The position numbers were made by a program, and so were the translations under genes. From Candidatus Thalassarchaeaceae archaeon (GTDB lineage: Archaea > Thermoplasmatota > Poseidoniia > Poseidoniales > Thalassarchaeaceae), in assembly GCA_045568075.1 (NCBI GenBank), contig JBJLBP010000001.1, positions 1,320,001 through 1,352,000 of the forward strand: a stretch of DNA of 32,000 bases. The letters are read 5' to 3'. How positions within the stretch are numbered: the first letter of the stretch is position 1; each line of letters starts with the position of its first letter. Shown here in pieces: positions 31,974 to 32,000 of the stretch. The notes below the pieces were generated by a model. That model made no database searches. It was not told the DNA's origin and worked only from the letters and a program-made list of their open reading frames with translations.

Positions 31974-32000
31974 GGTCAGAACCCCGCATCGCCCGCCTTT

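Noticed and set aside
28640-32000. Apparent AT-richer composition of the right end, suggesting a horizontally acquired island
   Set aside because: My hand counts of individual 60-nt lines ranged from 21 to 36 G+C per 60 nt, and low values also occurred elsewhere (for example line 7801, in tatC). The low values coincide with membrane-protein and Glu-rich coding segments. A sliding-window calculation is needed before any claim can be made.
1-32000. Search for CRISPR arrays, transposases, integrases, toxin-antitoxin pairs and known defence-system signatures
   Set aside because: No regularly spaced direct repeats were seen. No DDE/tyrosine/serine recombinase motifs and no small paired ORFs were found. 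All sizeable ORFs are accounted for by housekeeping, transport or hypothetical genes.

Overview
Gene-dense 32-kb chromosomal segment. I call 30 protein-coding genes on both strands, many with 1-20 nt overlaps. I recognised no rRNA, tRNA, CRISPR array, transposase or integrase. The core content is archaeal housekeeping: ABCE1/RLI, DRG GTPase, archaeosine tRNA-guanine transglycosylase, CTP-type riboflavin kinase, NadM-type NMN adenylyltransferase and an aconitase-X dehydratase. These are mixed with bacterial-looking grpE, kbl, citrate synthase, nadE, truA and tatC. Several envelope proteins carry acidic DxDxDG (thrombospondin-type-3-like) motifs and one has a lipobox. This is reminiscent of marine planktonic Euryarchaeota (MG-II/Poseidoniales-like), but that is inference only. 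No classic accessory or defence island is visible. The best candidate for an undescribed system is the tightly packed minus-strand block at 16630-24037. It holds a duplicated ABC-2 exporter (2 ATPases plus 2 dissimilar permeases, one with a 245-aa Cys/Asp-rich ectodomain), a Trp-rich protein with tocopherol-cyclase/CrtC-like motifs, and a TPR protein. Other leads: (1) an ArcTGT homologue whose CxCxxC zinc motif reads T/S/L; (2) a GDPD phosphodiesterase whose catalytic HRG motif sits in a different frame just upstream of the called ORF, with a second orphan HRGSG at its extreme C-terminus; (3) an MFS transporter with a ~190-aa extracytoplasmic insert; (4) a single-polypeptide aconitase-X directly downstream of a NikR-like gene; (5) a NikR / ZIP9-like transporter divergent pair; (6) an HMA-DUF4396 fusion. 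All functional calls rest on motifs read from the supplied translations and recalled family signatures. No database search was run.
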